Shown in pieces: positions 12,826 to 25,090 of a DNA stretch of 64,000 nt. The number at the start of each line of letters is the position of its first letter. Positions within the stretch are counted from its first letter, which is position 1. Below the pieces are notes generated by a model that saw only the letters and a program-made list of their open reading frames with translations, did not search any database and was not told the origin of the DNA. Origin of the DNA: Nemertoderma westbladi (lineage: Eukaryota; Animalia; Xenacoelomorpha); NCBI GenBank assembly GCA_032718475.1, contig JAUCBJ010005111.1, positions 21,789 through 85,788 of the forward strand, given 5' to 3'. The translations under genes were made by a program, and so were the position numbers.

Positions 12826-12838
12826 GTATATCTGTTAT
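12826..12838 (-). promoter_or_regulatory. E1 primer-binding position, non-tRNA, complementary to its own LTR (13551-13563)
   Basis: Minus-strand ATAACAGATATAC abuts the LTR end. Its exact complement GTATATCTGTTAT lies in the LTR on the same strand. Confidence 0.65.
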
Positions 12839-14069
12839 TGTTCGCGCTTTCAGACCTTTAGCAGTTTAACCTGCCAAATTTGGATGTCTTCTAGATTGTA
12901 AATCGACTTTAGCCTATGACGAGTATTTGATACACTACATTAGCCGAAGCCAGTCTATGCGCGACCATTCACCCGCTGGATATACCCGGGAGACTGGATT
13001 CGGAAGCCTAACCTTATTGCGGTGTAGGCCTACTGTATTATTCGACTGATCGTAATATATAATCTCTGACAAATATTATTCACTTTCGGGAAATATTAAC
13101 AGTTCCTTTAGGACGTGGCGCTCTAAATATGTAAACAGAGTTATGACTTAAACTAGACACAACGGGATGGCTATGGATTCACGTATATAGCGCATTCTTT
13201 AGGAGATGCTTTGTTATCAGGCACAATCATACACACTACTGCACAATACTGCACACCGATCTGCCGACCTTCACTAATTTTAGTCACATATAAAGAGAAC
13301 AACAACCGACTGATGTAGTGCCTATGAAATAGCATTAGATTCACTCCAAAACCACTTTAATGTAAGTCGCAATTGTTATATGTAACCGGTCTCTCTTACC
13401 TTCAGTATATCAAGAAGATTGAGGGTTTTATAATTATTTATCGATATTCCAAATATAATAATATTCCATCAACTGATATAATGAATAACCGACAGTAAAT
13501 AGCAGTAAAATTGCGGTGTTTGTATTTGACAATATGATTAGGTGAGTGAGATAACAGATATACGTTTCTATGATTAAGCCTACTAATGTTGGGCTAAAGC
13601 CTGAAAAACACAGAGATTCCAAAGCCGGTCTTCTAGGCTCGGAAAAAACCAACACAACTGATCCCTCTGGGCTGTTGTAGGTATCTTTCAACTCAAAGAG
13701 AAACAGCTCTCATTGGCCGAGTTCCAGATTCTGTAGGTTCCACGAATGTCTAAATGCCGAACTATTCGGGTTTTTGCAGCCCATATTCAACACAAGGCGA
13801 AATCGCTCTGATTGGTGGATCATTGTTCTGATTGGTTGATCGAACAGAACAAAGAGCCTATAGGCGTACAGCAAATCGGTTGGCAGATTGCGTCATTTGA
13901 GTTAGGTAGTTTAGAGTATTTGAGCGCATTGTGGGAAAACTGGCTTTTTATGTCCGCTAAAGCACACATGCAGACACAGCGGATAAATCGCTAGTTATGT
14001 CCTCTAAAAACACCTTACACAGTACATTGCGGAGAAAAGGGCCAGTTATATCCCGCAAAAGCTTTTACA
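12839..14069 (-). repeat. E1 5' LTR
   Basis: Direct repeat of 2347-3576, TG...CA ends, flanked by TSD CCGAT. Confidence 0.95.
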
Positions 14070-14686
14070 CCGATGAAATCAATAAAAACAGCACTGGACA
14101 TCGCAAACTTGTACTTTTTGGTGATGGGTACGAAATTTGGTGCTAGCACCAAAATTTGCCAAATTACGCCGAAAAATACAAGTAGCAATGATCTGGCAGA
14201 TTAGAAATGTATTCCATTAGAATCAGCGCCCTCGAAAACCTGAAAATGTGAATTTATAGCATCGTATAAGTGAATTAAAAATTTTGTGTTCTAACTGAAA
14301 AGTGCTGGTTACTTGTTTTTTTCATTTTTTTCCTACACAAAGAGGACTAAACAGCCATTTATAGTAATCATATCATTTTTAAATATTTTCCAGTGTATTT
14401 TGCACCCCAGAAAACCTGTATTGAAAAATAATTAGCCGAAAATGTAACTTTCAAATTTTGTGAAAATTGTGCACTACTTCTAATTTTGGTGCTGCAATAT
14501 AACCACCCCAGTACATTTTTTCGAAAATTTTTTTTTTCGGTCGGATCCAGACAAGTGATACCTACGTACAAACAAAAAATCAGACGTTTTCGTAACTATT
14601 TGTAGATTTTAGAGCGGGGGGGTCAATATGACCCCCCCCCCCCGGTATTTGTACAACATTTTATAGCCCGGTACTAATAGGGTTAA

Positions 14687-14777
14687 TGTTGATGGAAACT
14701 TGACAACCATTGATAATAATCAACTAAGGAAGGTCGATGACTTCCAGTACCTTGGATCATGGATAGAGAGTAGCTCG
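14687..14777 (+). pseudogene. Continuation of the RTE-like LINE RT
   Basis: Translates VDGNLTTIDNNQLRKVDDFQYLGSWIESS, in frame with the 864-1630 part (YLG motif). Confidence 0.9.
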
Positions 14778-15829
14778 ACGTAGTAGTAGTAGTACAGTAA
14801 GAGTGCAATTAGAAAAGTGATTGATCATGTTTTGAGTGTTTTTGAATAGAAATTATGATGTGATCTTGAGGAGGAGACAAGAGTTGAATATGAATGAGCA
14901 CAATTCTTGTTGCCGTTTAAATCTACAGTACTGAACAGTAATTAATACAGCACATATTTTCTGTAAGTCTTTCTTATGATATATTTTTAAGATTACAGTG
15001 TAAAGCCATTCTCTAGAATCCGTAATTGATGCGGGGGTGGTGCAGGAGATTTATTTACGCCGTTACGTCTACGTCGGCTCTCACTACCTTAGTAGGTACC
15101 GCTTTCAAATTCTATAGAATGGCTAACTTCTACTGTTGGCCTATTCATTAATTACTCGGGTTACATTATAATAGTGATATAGTTTTCAGTACAGTATACT
15201 GACTGCTCTATGTAGGCCTACTATAGAATGAAACGAGTACTGTTTAATTGAGTTATTGTTCAGAGAGGTTAAAGGTACAGTAATTATTAAATGCCTGGTG
15301 TAATAATATAAAGTTGGCTATATTACATTTTGTTAAGAAAGAAAAATATACTGTAAACCATATACAGTTTATGATGATCAAAATCAATTACTGTGTGTAA
15401 TATAATATTGTAATATTAACCTTTAGTTGTTGACCTTGAAGTAATAATGCACTGATCGCATGTATCCGTGATACAGTATTTACTATCTGAACCCTGTGGT
15501 TCTCATTAATTATACAGTATAATCTGCTGTGTGATACTACACTGTTTATACCACTCTATGATGATATATTGTTACACTGAGAAATATTATGATTTCCTAA
15601 GGCTAATGTGTAACCGAAGTTATCCCGAAATGCACAGTGAGTAAAGCAAAATTAGTTATTTTAAAACTGCTTTTCTATCCCGCTCGCTCTTTACCGAGAG
15701 ACTTATTTTTCTTTAAATTGTCTCACAATGCTCCCTACAGTAGCCCAGAGTAGGTCAAGTTTCATAATTTGAGATCCCGGGAAAGAAAAATAAATTTTAT
15801 ATTTGATGTTTTTGGAAAAAGTACAGTAT

Positions 15830-17842
15830 GTGCCCACGAGACATTAGTTCCACGTGAAATTAGTGCCCACGTGATATTAGTGCCCGCTAGACATTAGTGC
15901 CCATGTAAAGTTAGTGCCCACGTGACATTAGTACCCGTTAGACATTAGTGCCCATGTAAAGTTAGTGCCCACGAGACATTAGTGCCCACGTGACATTAGT
16001 GCCCACGTGACATTTGGACCCACGTGACATTAGTGCCCTAGTGAAATTAGTGCCCACGTGACATTAGTGCCCGCGAGACATTAGTGCCCAAGTGATATTA
16101 TTGCCCGCGAGACATTAGTGCCCACGTGACAGTAGTGCCCACGTGACATTTGTACCCACGTGACATTAGTGCCCTAGTGAAATTAGTGCCCACGTGACAT
16201 TAGTGCCCGCGAGACATTAGTGCCCAAATGACATTAGTGCCAGCTAGACATTAGTGCCCGCTAGACAATAGTGCCCGCTGGACATTAGTACCCGCTAGAC
16301 ATTAGTGCCCACGTGGCATTAGTGCCCACGTGACATTAGTGCCCGCTAGACATTAGTGCCCGCGAGACATTAGTGCCTGCTAGACATTAGTGCCCGCTAG
16401 ACATTATTGCCCACCTGATGCTAGACATTAGTGCCCGCTAGACATTATTGCCCACGTGACATTAGTGCCCACATGTTATTAGTGCCCGCTAGACATTTGT
16501 GCCCGCGAGACATTAGTGCCCGCGAGACATTAGTGCCCACGTGACATTAGTGCCCACGTGAAATTAGTGCCCACGTGACATTAGTGCCCGCTAGACATTA
16601 ATGCCCGCGAGACATTAGTGCCCACGAGACATTAGTGCCACGTGAAATTAGTGCCCACGTGACATTGGTGCCCGCTAGACATTAGTGCCCACGTGAAGTT
16701 AGTGCCCAAGTGACATTAGTGCTCGCTAGACATTAGTGCACGCTAGATATTCTTGCCCACGAGACATTAGTGCCCACGTGAAATTAGTGCTCACGTGACA
16801 TTAGTGCCCGCTAGACATTAGTGCCCGCTATAGACATTAGTGCCCATGAGACATTAGTGCCCACGTGAAATTAGTGCCCACATGACATTAGTGCCCGCTA
16901 GACATTAGTGCCCGCTAAATATTAGTGCCCACGAGACATTAGTGCCCACGTGAAATTAGTGCTCACGTGGCATTAGTGCCCGCTAGACTTTAGTGCCCGC
17001 TAGACATTCGTGCCCACGTCAAATTAGTGCCCACGTGACATTAGTGCCCTCTAGACATTAGTGCCCGCGAGACATTAGTGCCAACGAGACATTAGTGCCC
17101 ACGTGAAATTAGTGCCCACGTGACATTAGTGCTCACTACACATTAGTGCCCACGTTAAATTAGTGCCCATGTGACATTGGTGCCCGCTAGCTAGACATTA
17201 GTGCCCGCTAGCTAGACATTAGTGCCCGCTAGCTAGACATTAGTGCCCGCTACACATTAGTGCCCACGTGAAATTAATGCCCACGTGACATTAGTGCCCG
17301 TTAGATAGACATTAGTGCCCGCTAGACATTAGTGCCCGCGAGACATTAGTGCCCGCGAGACATTAGTGCCCACGAGGCATTAGTGCCCACGTGAAATTAG
17401 TGCCCACGTGACATTAGTGCCCGCTAGGCATTAGTGCCCACGTGAAGTTAGTGCCCACGTGACATTAGTGCCTGCTAGGCATTAGCGCCCGCTAGATATT
17501 AGTGCCCACGAGACATTAGTGCCCACGTGAAATTAGTGCTCACGTGACGTTAGTGCCCGCTAGACATTAGTGCCCATGAGACATTAGTGCCCACGTGTCA
17601 TTAGTGCCCGCTAGACATTAGTGCCCGCTAGACATTAGTGCCCATGAGACATTAGTGCCCACGTGAAATTAGTGCCCACTCGACATTAGTGCCCGCTAGA
17701 CATTAGTGCCCATGTGAAATTAGTGCCCACTAGACATTAGTGCCCGCTAGACATTAGTGCCTGCTAGATATTAATGCCCACGAGACATTAGTGCCCACGT
17801 GAAATTAGTGCCCACGTGACATTAGTGCCCGCTAGACATTAG
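15830..17842. repeat. 15-bp satellite (GACATTAGTGCCC-acgt/gcta variants), left part
   Basis: Contiguous 15-mer array, interrupted by E2. Confidence 0.97.
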
Positions 17843-18493
17843 TGTAAGCGGATTCAATTCCGTTCATCTCCACCATAAAGTGGGACCAGTGGCATTTTAC
17901 CAACTAGTTGGCGATGCGAGATTACCAATAAATAATCTCTTCTCATAACCAACTCGGGGGGGGGGGGGGGGCGACACACGCCCTAAGCCACAGAGAGAGG
18001 TGAGAGGTCAAACCACCTCAGAGGGAAAACCCAGCTAGCGAGGCTAGCATTAGGGAGTAACACCTACAGGGAGTGCCGAAGTGACAATTAGTATATAAGC
18101 CAATAGCGGGCAGGGAAGCACGTGGGGGAGGATAGAAGGGCATCCAATGGGTATCAAAGGCCACAGTAATGTAGAGGTGAAACTAATATGTATCAATCAT
18201 ATATTTACTCTGATTACTGATTTACTGGTCAGTTCATTATTATGCAATAGTTTTGACCGTCATTTTATAGTCTTTGTAACTTATACTACGATTACTGTAT
18301 TGTTGCTGTGATCATTTATATTACAATCTATGTTGTTCATTAATCCGACTGTGCTATTATCGTTGAGATTAATACTCCCTATCCGATATTTTTCCCGACG
18401 GCCTTCGGCCAAAGATACCAGCCCAGCAGACCAGCAACTAAGTGATGCGTACAGCCTTACCCGGTCGGGATCATAGAACTCAATCCCGTCACA
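17843..18493 (+). repeat. E2 5' LTR
   Basis: Direct repeat of 28127-28767 with several indels. Confidence 0.93.
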
Positions 18494-18504
18494 GTCAAAA
18501 CTAT
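18494..18504 (+). promoter_or_regulatory. E2 primer-binding position, non-tRNA, complementary to its own LTR (18247-18257)
   Basis: GTCAAAACTAT directly after the LTR. ATAGTTTTGAC present in both LTRs. Confidence 0.6.
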
Positions 18505-18521
18505 CAACTCAACAACTGTGA

Positions 18522-20366
18522 TTGCAACCAAGAGAGAACGAGATGAGCGAACAGACGCCCCGAGAACCGGAGGGAGAAAGAACGCCACCGCAGACCCCGG
18601 ACGACACCAACCAAACGATCCGAGAGGCAGTGACGAGACGATACCGGCCCGCCACCCCGGATTCGCCAACGAGGGATGAACCGGATACCCAAGCGGAGGG
18701 TGGCCGACGACAACAGCGAGGGAAAGTCAACGACGATTCGATGCGGGATGACGACGGCGTCGGAGTACCGAAGTCGCTGGCCAGCCACAGGCCGAGGGCG
18801 ACGGATGGCCCACCGGAACGGCAACAGTGGGGCCGCCGGTACAACGCCGGACGAGGAGGGAAGGTAGAGTCAACGGGGAGGACGTCGGGACGAATGATCG
18901 CCTGCGACGGGCATACAACGCCATAAAGAAGCTACTAAAAGAGGCTAAGGAGGGGAGAAAGATAGAGCAGCCTATACTATACCAGAGGCTAGGTGAGTCT
19001 AACAAACATTTTCGTTATTTAGTCCGTTTTGGACAGGGAGAACTGGCAAGTGAGAGAGCGAGGGTCGCCACAGAACTGCTTGATTTGTGGCGGTCCAAGG
19101 TAATGGAACCAGACATAGTGTACATAGGGCCTTACTTAGTGGATGCCAGGGGAATTAAGTTAGTGGGATGGGCAGACGCACACGACGGCGAATCCGAGGT
19201 TAACCCCGAGGATTCGGTGTCGTCGGTTAGTAGGAACCCCAGTAAACGGGGGAAAATACGCCAGAGGGAGTTAATATTAATAGTACCGTAATAGATAACC
19301 GTAATCAAACCTTTCTTGCAGGAGATAATGTTTTACCCGGTAATAATAATTCTAATTTAAATGTGCATAATAATTTCAATAATTTGAAAGATAATGTAGG
19401 TAATAATAATACAATAAATAGTCCCGAAGAAATTAATCAGAATAATATCATTATTAACGGTGCAATTAATACAAACATAGGGGGAACAAGTGAGCCTGCC
19501 AATGAGAGCCTGCGAGGCTACACAGTTACGCAGGGAGGAGCAGGGGTGAATGGACCCAGTAACGAGAGCCTGCAAGGCTACGCAGTTGCGCAGGGAGGAG
19601 CGGGGGTGAATGAACCCACCGAGGGTAGAGATAATGCGTCGACTAGAGGGGGGCGTAGGGGCGAAGTATGAGGTGATGGATGGGGGGGGGGGGGCTACGG
19701 GCACGGGCACCCCACCAAGAGCGATTAGTGGCGAGGGGGGGGCTACGGGCACTCCACCAAGAGCGATTAGTGGCGAGAGGGGGGGGGGGGGCAGAGAATG
19801 TCCCACACGCGTCGGCAGATAGTACGCACAGTGAGTTGAGTGAACCGCGGCACCCGGCGATGGAGAATAGTAGGGGGATTGCGAATATCCCGAAGACATT
19901 ACAACCGGGCGGAGAGAGAGACGTTGACGCCGTGAGCGGGCGAGCGAGAAAACGTTGAGCCCATTCGGAAGATGGAAAAAGAAGAGTGGAGTTTATCCGG
20001 GAGGTCGAAGCGAGGTCCTCCCGGGAGAAGAAATGTGCGGAGCCAGGGCTAGAGGAGATGTCGAACTTCCTTAACTACGACGTGGAATTGATTACAGACC
20101 CAGTCTACAGCGAGGACAGTTTGGGAAGGGCGCTGAAAGCTGAATACAACAGGCCTAAACCCGAACACAGGGCGGCGAATGCACTACCAAAATTAAGACA
20201 GTCACTACCGTACGCAGCGACACAAGGGACTACAAGTCCACAGACAGCTGGGAGTAGGACCACACCATGGCAAGGGCAGAAACAAAACAACAACATGAAC
20301 AAATACAATCCCAACACGCCCAGTAGGCCGACTCTAAACAACCAAAACACTAAGCGTGATACGTGA
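18522..20366 (+). pseudogene. E2 gag region, frameshifted and partly deleted
   Basis: Series of plus-strand ORF fragments between the 5' LTR and the knuckle/protease ORF, including VNPEDSVSSV and DPVYS motifs and short tandem repeats. Confidence 0.6.
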
Positions 20367-23300
20367 AGGGCTATACAAGGAGGGCTGCAATCCAAAATAC
20401 AAATGCCAATTACACAAAAACGCGTTCCACAAGACCATGAACTGCAAGCATTGGCAGGCATTGCTTAAACAAGATAGGGTAGCCTACGCGGGTGCAAATG
20501 GACTATGTCAACGGTGCGTGGTAGGAGGACACAGAATCGAAGAATGTAGAGAAACACCAACAAAACAGGTAGATGGAAGTAGGGGCCAGACAATGGCGAC
20601 AAGCACCACAGGAGCGAAGAGAAGGGGAACGGTACTACTTGGGGTGGTGCCAGTGAGGATAATAGGAGAGAGCGGGCGGTCGGTCATGACGTTAATGTTG
20701 GTCGACAGCAGGGCGGCCTTCATGCTAGTGAAAAATTGGGTGGCCAAGGAGATAGGGTTGCAGACGAGGCCAAGCAAGATGGCGGTAACTACTACCTCGA
20801 GTAAGGACGAGGTCTTGGAGATGAGAACGGGACGTTGTGAAATATCAGCGATAGCACCAGGGTGCGATTATGGGGCGACTATCGACCCCATCCACATAAT
20901 AGAATCGATTAATATAAACGCCAGGCAACCCACAAGGATCGAGGTCGAGCAATACCGGTTCCTGGACGAAATCAATTTCTCAGTACCTGAATTGGATGTC
21001 TCAAAGGTATCTCTCATAGTCGGCATGGACTGCCCGACGGCGCCCGAGAGACTACAGACCCTATTCGGAGGGGATAGAGAACGAGATCCGATGGCGATTC
21101 TTACGCCATTCAGATGGACACTTAGCGGCCCAATCAAGACCAAAATCCCATTCAGCATGTCAGAATCCTCAGGGTGCATGTTCACGGGCACAATTAGGGA
21201 GATGGAGGATGAAAGAACAGAGGAGCAACTTAAGCGGCTGCTGCGGCAGGACTTCGAGGGATTAAAGGAGACTGGGGTCGGGACCTCGGTGGAGGACAAA
21301 CAGGCGCTGGAGAGCGTGAAGAACTCGATGAAGTGTGAAGGGGGGCGGTATACGATAGGGATGGTGTGGAAACAACCAAAGTTACCGCTACCGGACAATA
21401 AAGGGATGGTCCTGACGAGGCTTCGAAAACTGAAGCAGACGCTCAGACGGAGCCCCGAGAAGGATGAGTACATCCATAGAACGATTAAGAAATACAAGTA
21501 TAAAGGGTGGGCCGTGGAGTTACCGGTCGACGAACCAAACATGGACAGGACCTACTATTTGCCATTGCATGTGGCTTTCAACCCTAAAAGGGTAAACTGC
21601 GGATGGTGGTCGATGCATCGACCAAAATGAACGGCAAGAGTTTGAATGATTATCTGCTGGAAGGCCCCAACATCTACAACTCGGCGATAGAGGTCCTGTT
21701 GAGATTCAGAAATGGAAGGCACGCCTTCACGTGCGACATTGAAGGCATGTTCAACCAAGTCCGTGTGACGGAGGAAGACAGCGATAGTCAGCGCTTCCTA
21801 TGGTACAATGGAAAAGGTGCTAGGGATCATGTGGAACCGAGAGACAGACGAGCTGGAGTATCAACTAAGTCAGGAGGGCGCCGAAATTCATACCAAACGA
21901 GGCTATGTATCGTACATAGCAAGGATATATGATCCCCTAGGCCTAGCATCCCCATTGTTAGTTACGGGGAAGCAAATACTGTAGTAAGTGTATAAGTTGA
22001 AGGATGATTGGGATTCGGAGGTCCTGGAGGAAATAAGTAGACAGTGGAACAAGTGGACGGGGAGCCTTGAGCTGATGGGGATGTACAGCATGCCACGCGT
22101 GTACTTCCCGGATGGAGACATGACCGATCTGGACCTTCATATGTTTTCCGATGCATCCTTGGAAGCATATGGAGCGGTACTTTATTTGGTACAGCGGAAG
22201 GGGGCTCATAAGCCCAGGCTTGCGTTTAGTAAAGCGAAGTCAACACCACCAGATTCAGCATCAGTGCCGAAACTCGAACTAACGGCTGCGAGGTTAGTAG
22301 TAAGGGCGACAGCATACATGATGGACACCATACCCAACATAGTGGAGACATACTACTGGACGGACTCCATGGTAGTGTTAGGATGGCTACACAATAAGAA
22401 GACTCGATACCCTATATTTGTCGCGAACAGGGTAGACGAGATAAGAGCAACGACCGAGCTGGAAAAGTGGCACTACTGCCCAACTGACGACAACCCAGCA
22501 GATCTGTTATCGAGGGGCGTTGTACGCCATGCTTTCTCGAGAATGCAGGAGTTGTGGCAGCATGGGCCACATTTTCGGCCTGGCCACTAATGAGGAAGGT
22601 GGACCCAGGTACGGAGGAAGTAGCAGTAGAAGAGGAGGGAGAGGATTCGGAAGGGGAAGATATATACAGCCAATTGGCGAGGGAGATTAAGGAGGTGCCA
22701 CCGAAACCGAGAGAACCATGCGATAATCCAACGGATAGGCTGCTCAGTTACAGCTCCAGCTGGTACAAGACCAAGAAGTTGGTAGCATATTTGAGGGCCT
22801 ACGTGGATTTCCTCAGGGGAGTTGGTAAGGATACCAAAACGAGACCCATTATCGATCTGGAAGGGGTGGCCAAAGCCGTGATACGATACGAGCAAAGGAA
22901 GGGGTACGCGGATGAAGTGAACAGAGTCAGCAAGCAACAGCGCCTTTGTCAAGACAGCGAACTCAACCCGCTCTCTCCGCAACTGAACGATGATGGGATC
23001 CTGGTGATGAATTCCAGAGTGGTAAACAACAATAGCCCAGTCATTCCACCCAAACCCATATTAATCCCCAATAAATCACCAATAGTCTACCATATCATAT
23101 GGGATTCCCATAAATCGATACTACATGGAGGTACCAATCAGACCCTGACGGAGATACGAAAGACGTTCTGGGTTATCCAACTCAGGAAGATGGTAAAGGC
23201 GGTAGTGGGGCAGTGCCAGACCTGCCGACGGACGAGGAAGGAGAGGGCCATACAGGAGATGGCGCCATTACCGGCCAACAGGGTGAGGCATCACAGCCTG

Positions 23301-24219
23301 CCATTTACACACTGCGGCGTGGACATGTTCGGGCCGATAAAGATAAAAGTAATGCGGCATACAGAGAAACGCTACGGCATTATCTTTGTCTGCAATAACA
23401 CGAGAGCGGTGGGAATAGAACATGCACAGGACGCTACGGAGTCGGCATTTATCAATGCCTTTAGAGAGGTTTGTATCCCGCAGGGGAGGGATGGTAAAGG
23501 TGTTATATTCAGACAACGAGGCCAACTTAATGGGCGCGGAGAACGAGTTGGCCAAGGCTCTCGACATCCTAGAAGGTGAGGATATCAGGGCAGCGATGAG
23601 GAAGCATCTCATAAAGTGGGAGAGGAGAATGCTGTACACGCCACATACATTAGGGTGTGTGGAGTGGCTTGTGGGAAGCTCAAAACGCCTGATGACCATA
23701 CTGATGAACAACCATATGGTCACTGAAGACGTATTTTGAACAGTGTTAGCCAAGTGTGAGGGGATCATTAACAGCCGACCGTTATATCCCGAGAACGACG
23801 ACCCAGAATCGCTGGAAGTCCTAACACCGGCTCATTTACTCATGGAGAGGCCGGTGACGATTGACATGCGGAGCGTAGATCCAGACGACATACATTCACG
23901 TCAAAGCTGGAAAGTTGCCAAGGCAATAAGTGCGGAGTATTGGACGAGATGGATAGAAGAGTATCTTCCAACACTACATAGGAGGAGCAAATGGAGGAAT
24001 ACTAGCAGAGAACTGAAGAAGGGTGACTTGGTGATTGTCACAGACGACACAATTATCAATAACCAATGGAGACTAGCCAGGGTAGTAGACACCTACCCCG
24101 ACGAGGACGGAAGTATTAGGTCGGTGGAAGTGAGGATTGGAGGAAAGATAGGGGCCAAAGATGGGAAGACCTACAGGAGGGTGGTAGGAAAGTGTTGCCT
24201 ATTGGAAGGGTCGCCTTAG
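20356..24219 (+). pseudogene. E2 pol: knuckles, protease, truncated RT, RNase H, integrase
   Basis: CQRCVVGGHRIEEC; LVDSRA; CDIEGMFNQV...RFLW (YVDD region deleted); FSDAS, YWTDS, WHYCPTDDNPAD; H..H..CQTC, GVDMFGP, SDN, INSRPL. Multiple stops and frameshifts. Confidence 0.93.
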
Positions 24220-24319
24220 AGTTTAGTTGTCCAATATATTGGACTGAATGAGGGCGAGACACCCTTCCCACACATAAAACATAAGAAATAAATAAACAAA
24301 TTAATAAAAAATAAGTAGT

Positions 24320-24760
24320 AATAGTAGTAGTAGGTAGTACATAGTAGTAAGGTACATAGCGAGTACCATAGAACCTGTGGGCACTGAGGGCGCCACGTAG
24401 TGAGTGGAATTGAAGGGTATGTACCCTATGCATACTATAGTAGTAGTAGTAGGGTACATAGTACCGTAGAAGTTGTGGGCACTGATGGCGCCATGTAAGG
24501 AAGTAACGGGTATGTACGCATACCATAGTAGTAGTAGTAGGGTACATAGTACCGTAGAAGTTGTGGGCACTGATGGCGCCACGTAAGTAGTAAAGGGTAT
24601 GTACACATACCATAGTAGTAGTAGTAGGGTACATAGTACTGTAGAAGTTGTGGGCACTGATGGTGCCACGTAAGGAAGTAAAGGGTATGTACACATACCA
24701 TAGTAGTAGTAGTAGGGTACATAGTACCATAAAAGTTGTGGGCACTGAGGGCGCCACGAA
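24320..24760. repeat. ~88-bp tandem repeat (about 5 copies) between E2 pol and ORF3
   Basis: Unit catagtagtagtagtagggtacatagtaccgtagaagttgtgggcactgatggcgccacgtaag... repeated. Confidence 0.9.
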
Positions 24761-25090
24761 GGGAAGAGGGGGGCACATGGGTACAGCAGGACAGACCGTG
24801 TAGGCCGCATGAAACAGTTGTTAATAGCACAGGGAGAGGGAATATAAATAATATTAGAAATTAAAATTAATAAATTATAGCAACTAGAGGGAGGGAGTTC
24901 TAGAATCATAATTAAAGTAACTGACAAAATTTGCAATTTAGGAAAAAATTGGCACTTTGGGGAGTATATTATTTGGAAAATATACAAAGAAATTATAATC
25001 TAGGACGTAGGCCATTACTGAACGGAACATAGAACATCTTGTTTAACGGCACTCACTCAAATTGAGCCTTTGTAAGGCCCCAACAATTAG

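Larger units (their letters stand above)
2347..14069 (-). mobile_element. BEL/Pao LTR retrotransposon E1, internally deleted (non-autonomous)
   Basis: Two ~1.23-kb TG...CA LTRs, 5-bp TSD CCGAT (2342-2346, 14070-14074), gag and protease on the minus strand, RT/RNaseH/integrase cores missing. Confidence 0.95.
1631..14682. mobile_element. Non-autonomous piggyBac-type DNA transposon (about 1.3 kb of own sequence) hosting E1
   Basis: TTAA duplicated at 1627-1630 and 14683-14686. Termini CCCTATTA...TAATAGGG. Palindromic subterminal motif GGGGGGTCAATATGACCCCCC near both ends. Removing it restores the LINE frame (TEFMTFN-VDGNL). Confidence 0.9.

Noticed and set aside
20868-23768. Antisense ORFs over pol of E2 (and similar ones over E1 and E3)
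   Set aside because: Shadow frames of coding sequence with no independent features.
24116-24987. Minus-strand Tyr/Thr/Leu-repeat ORFs
   Set aside because: By-products of the 88-bp tandem repeat, open in all three frames.
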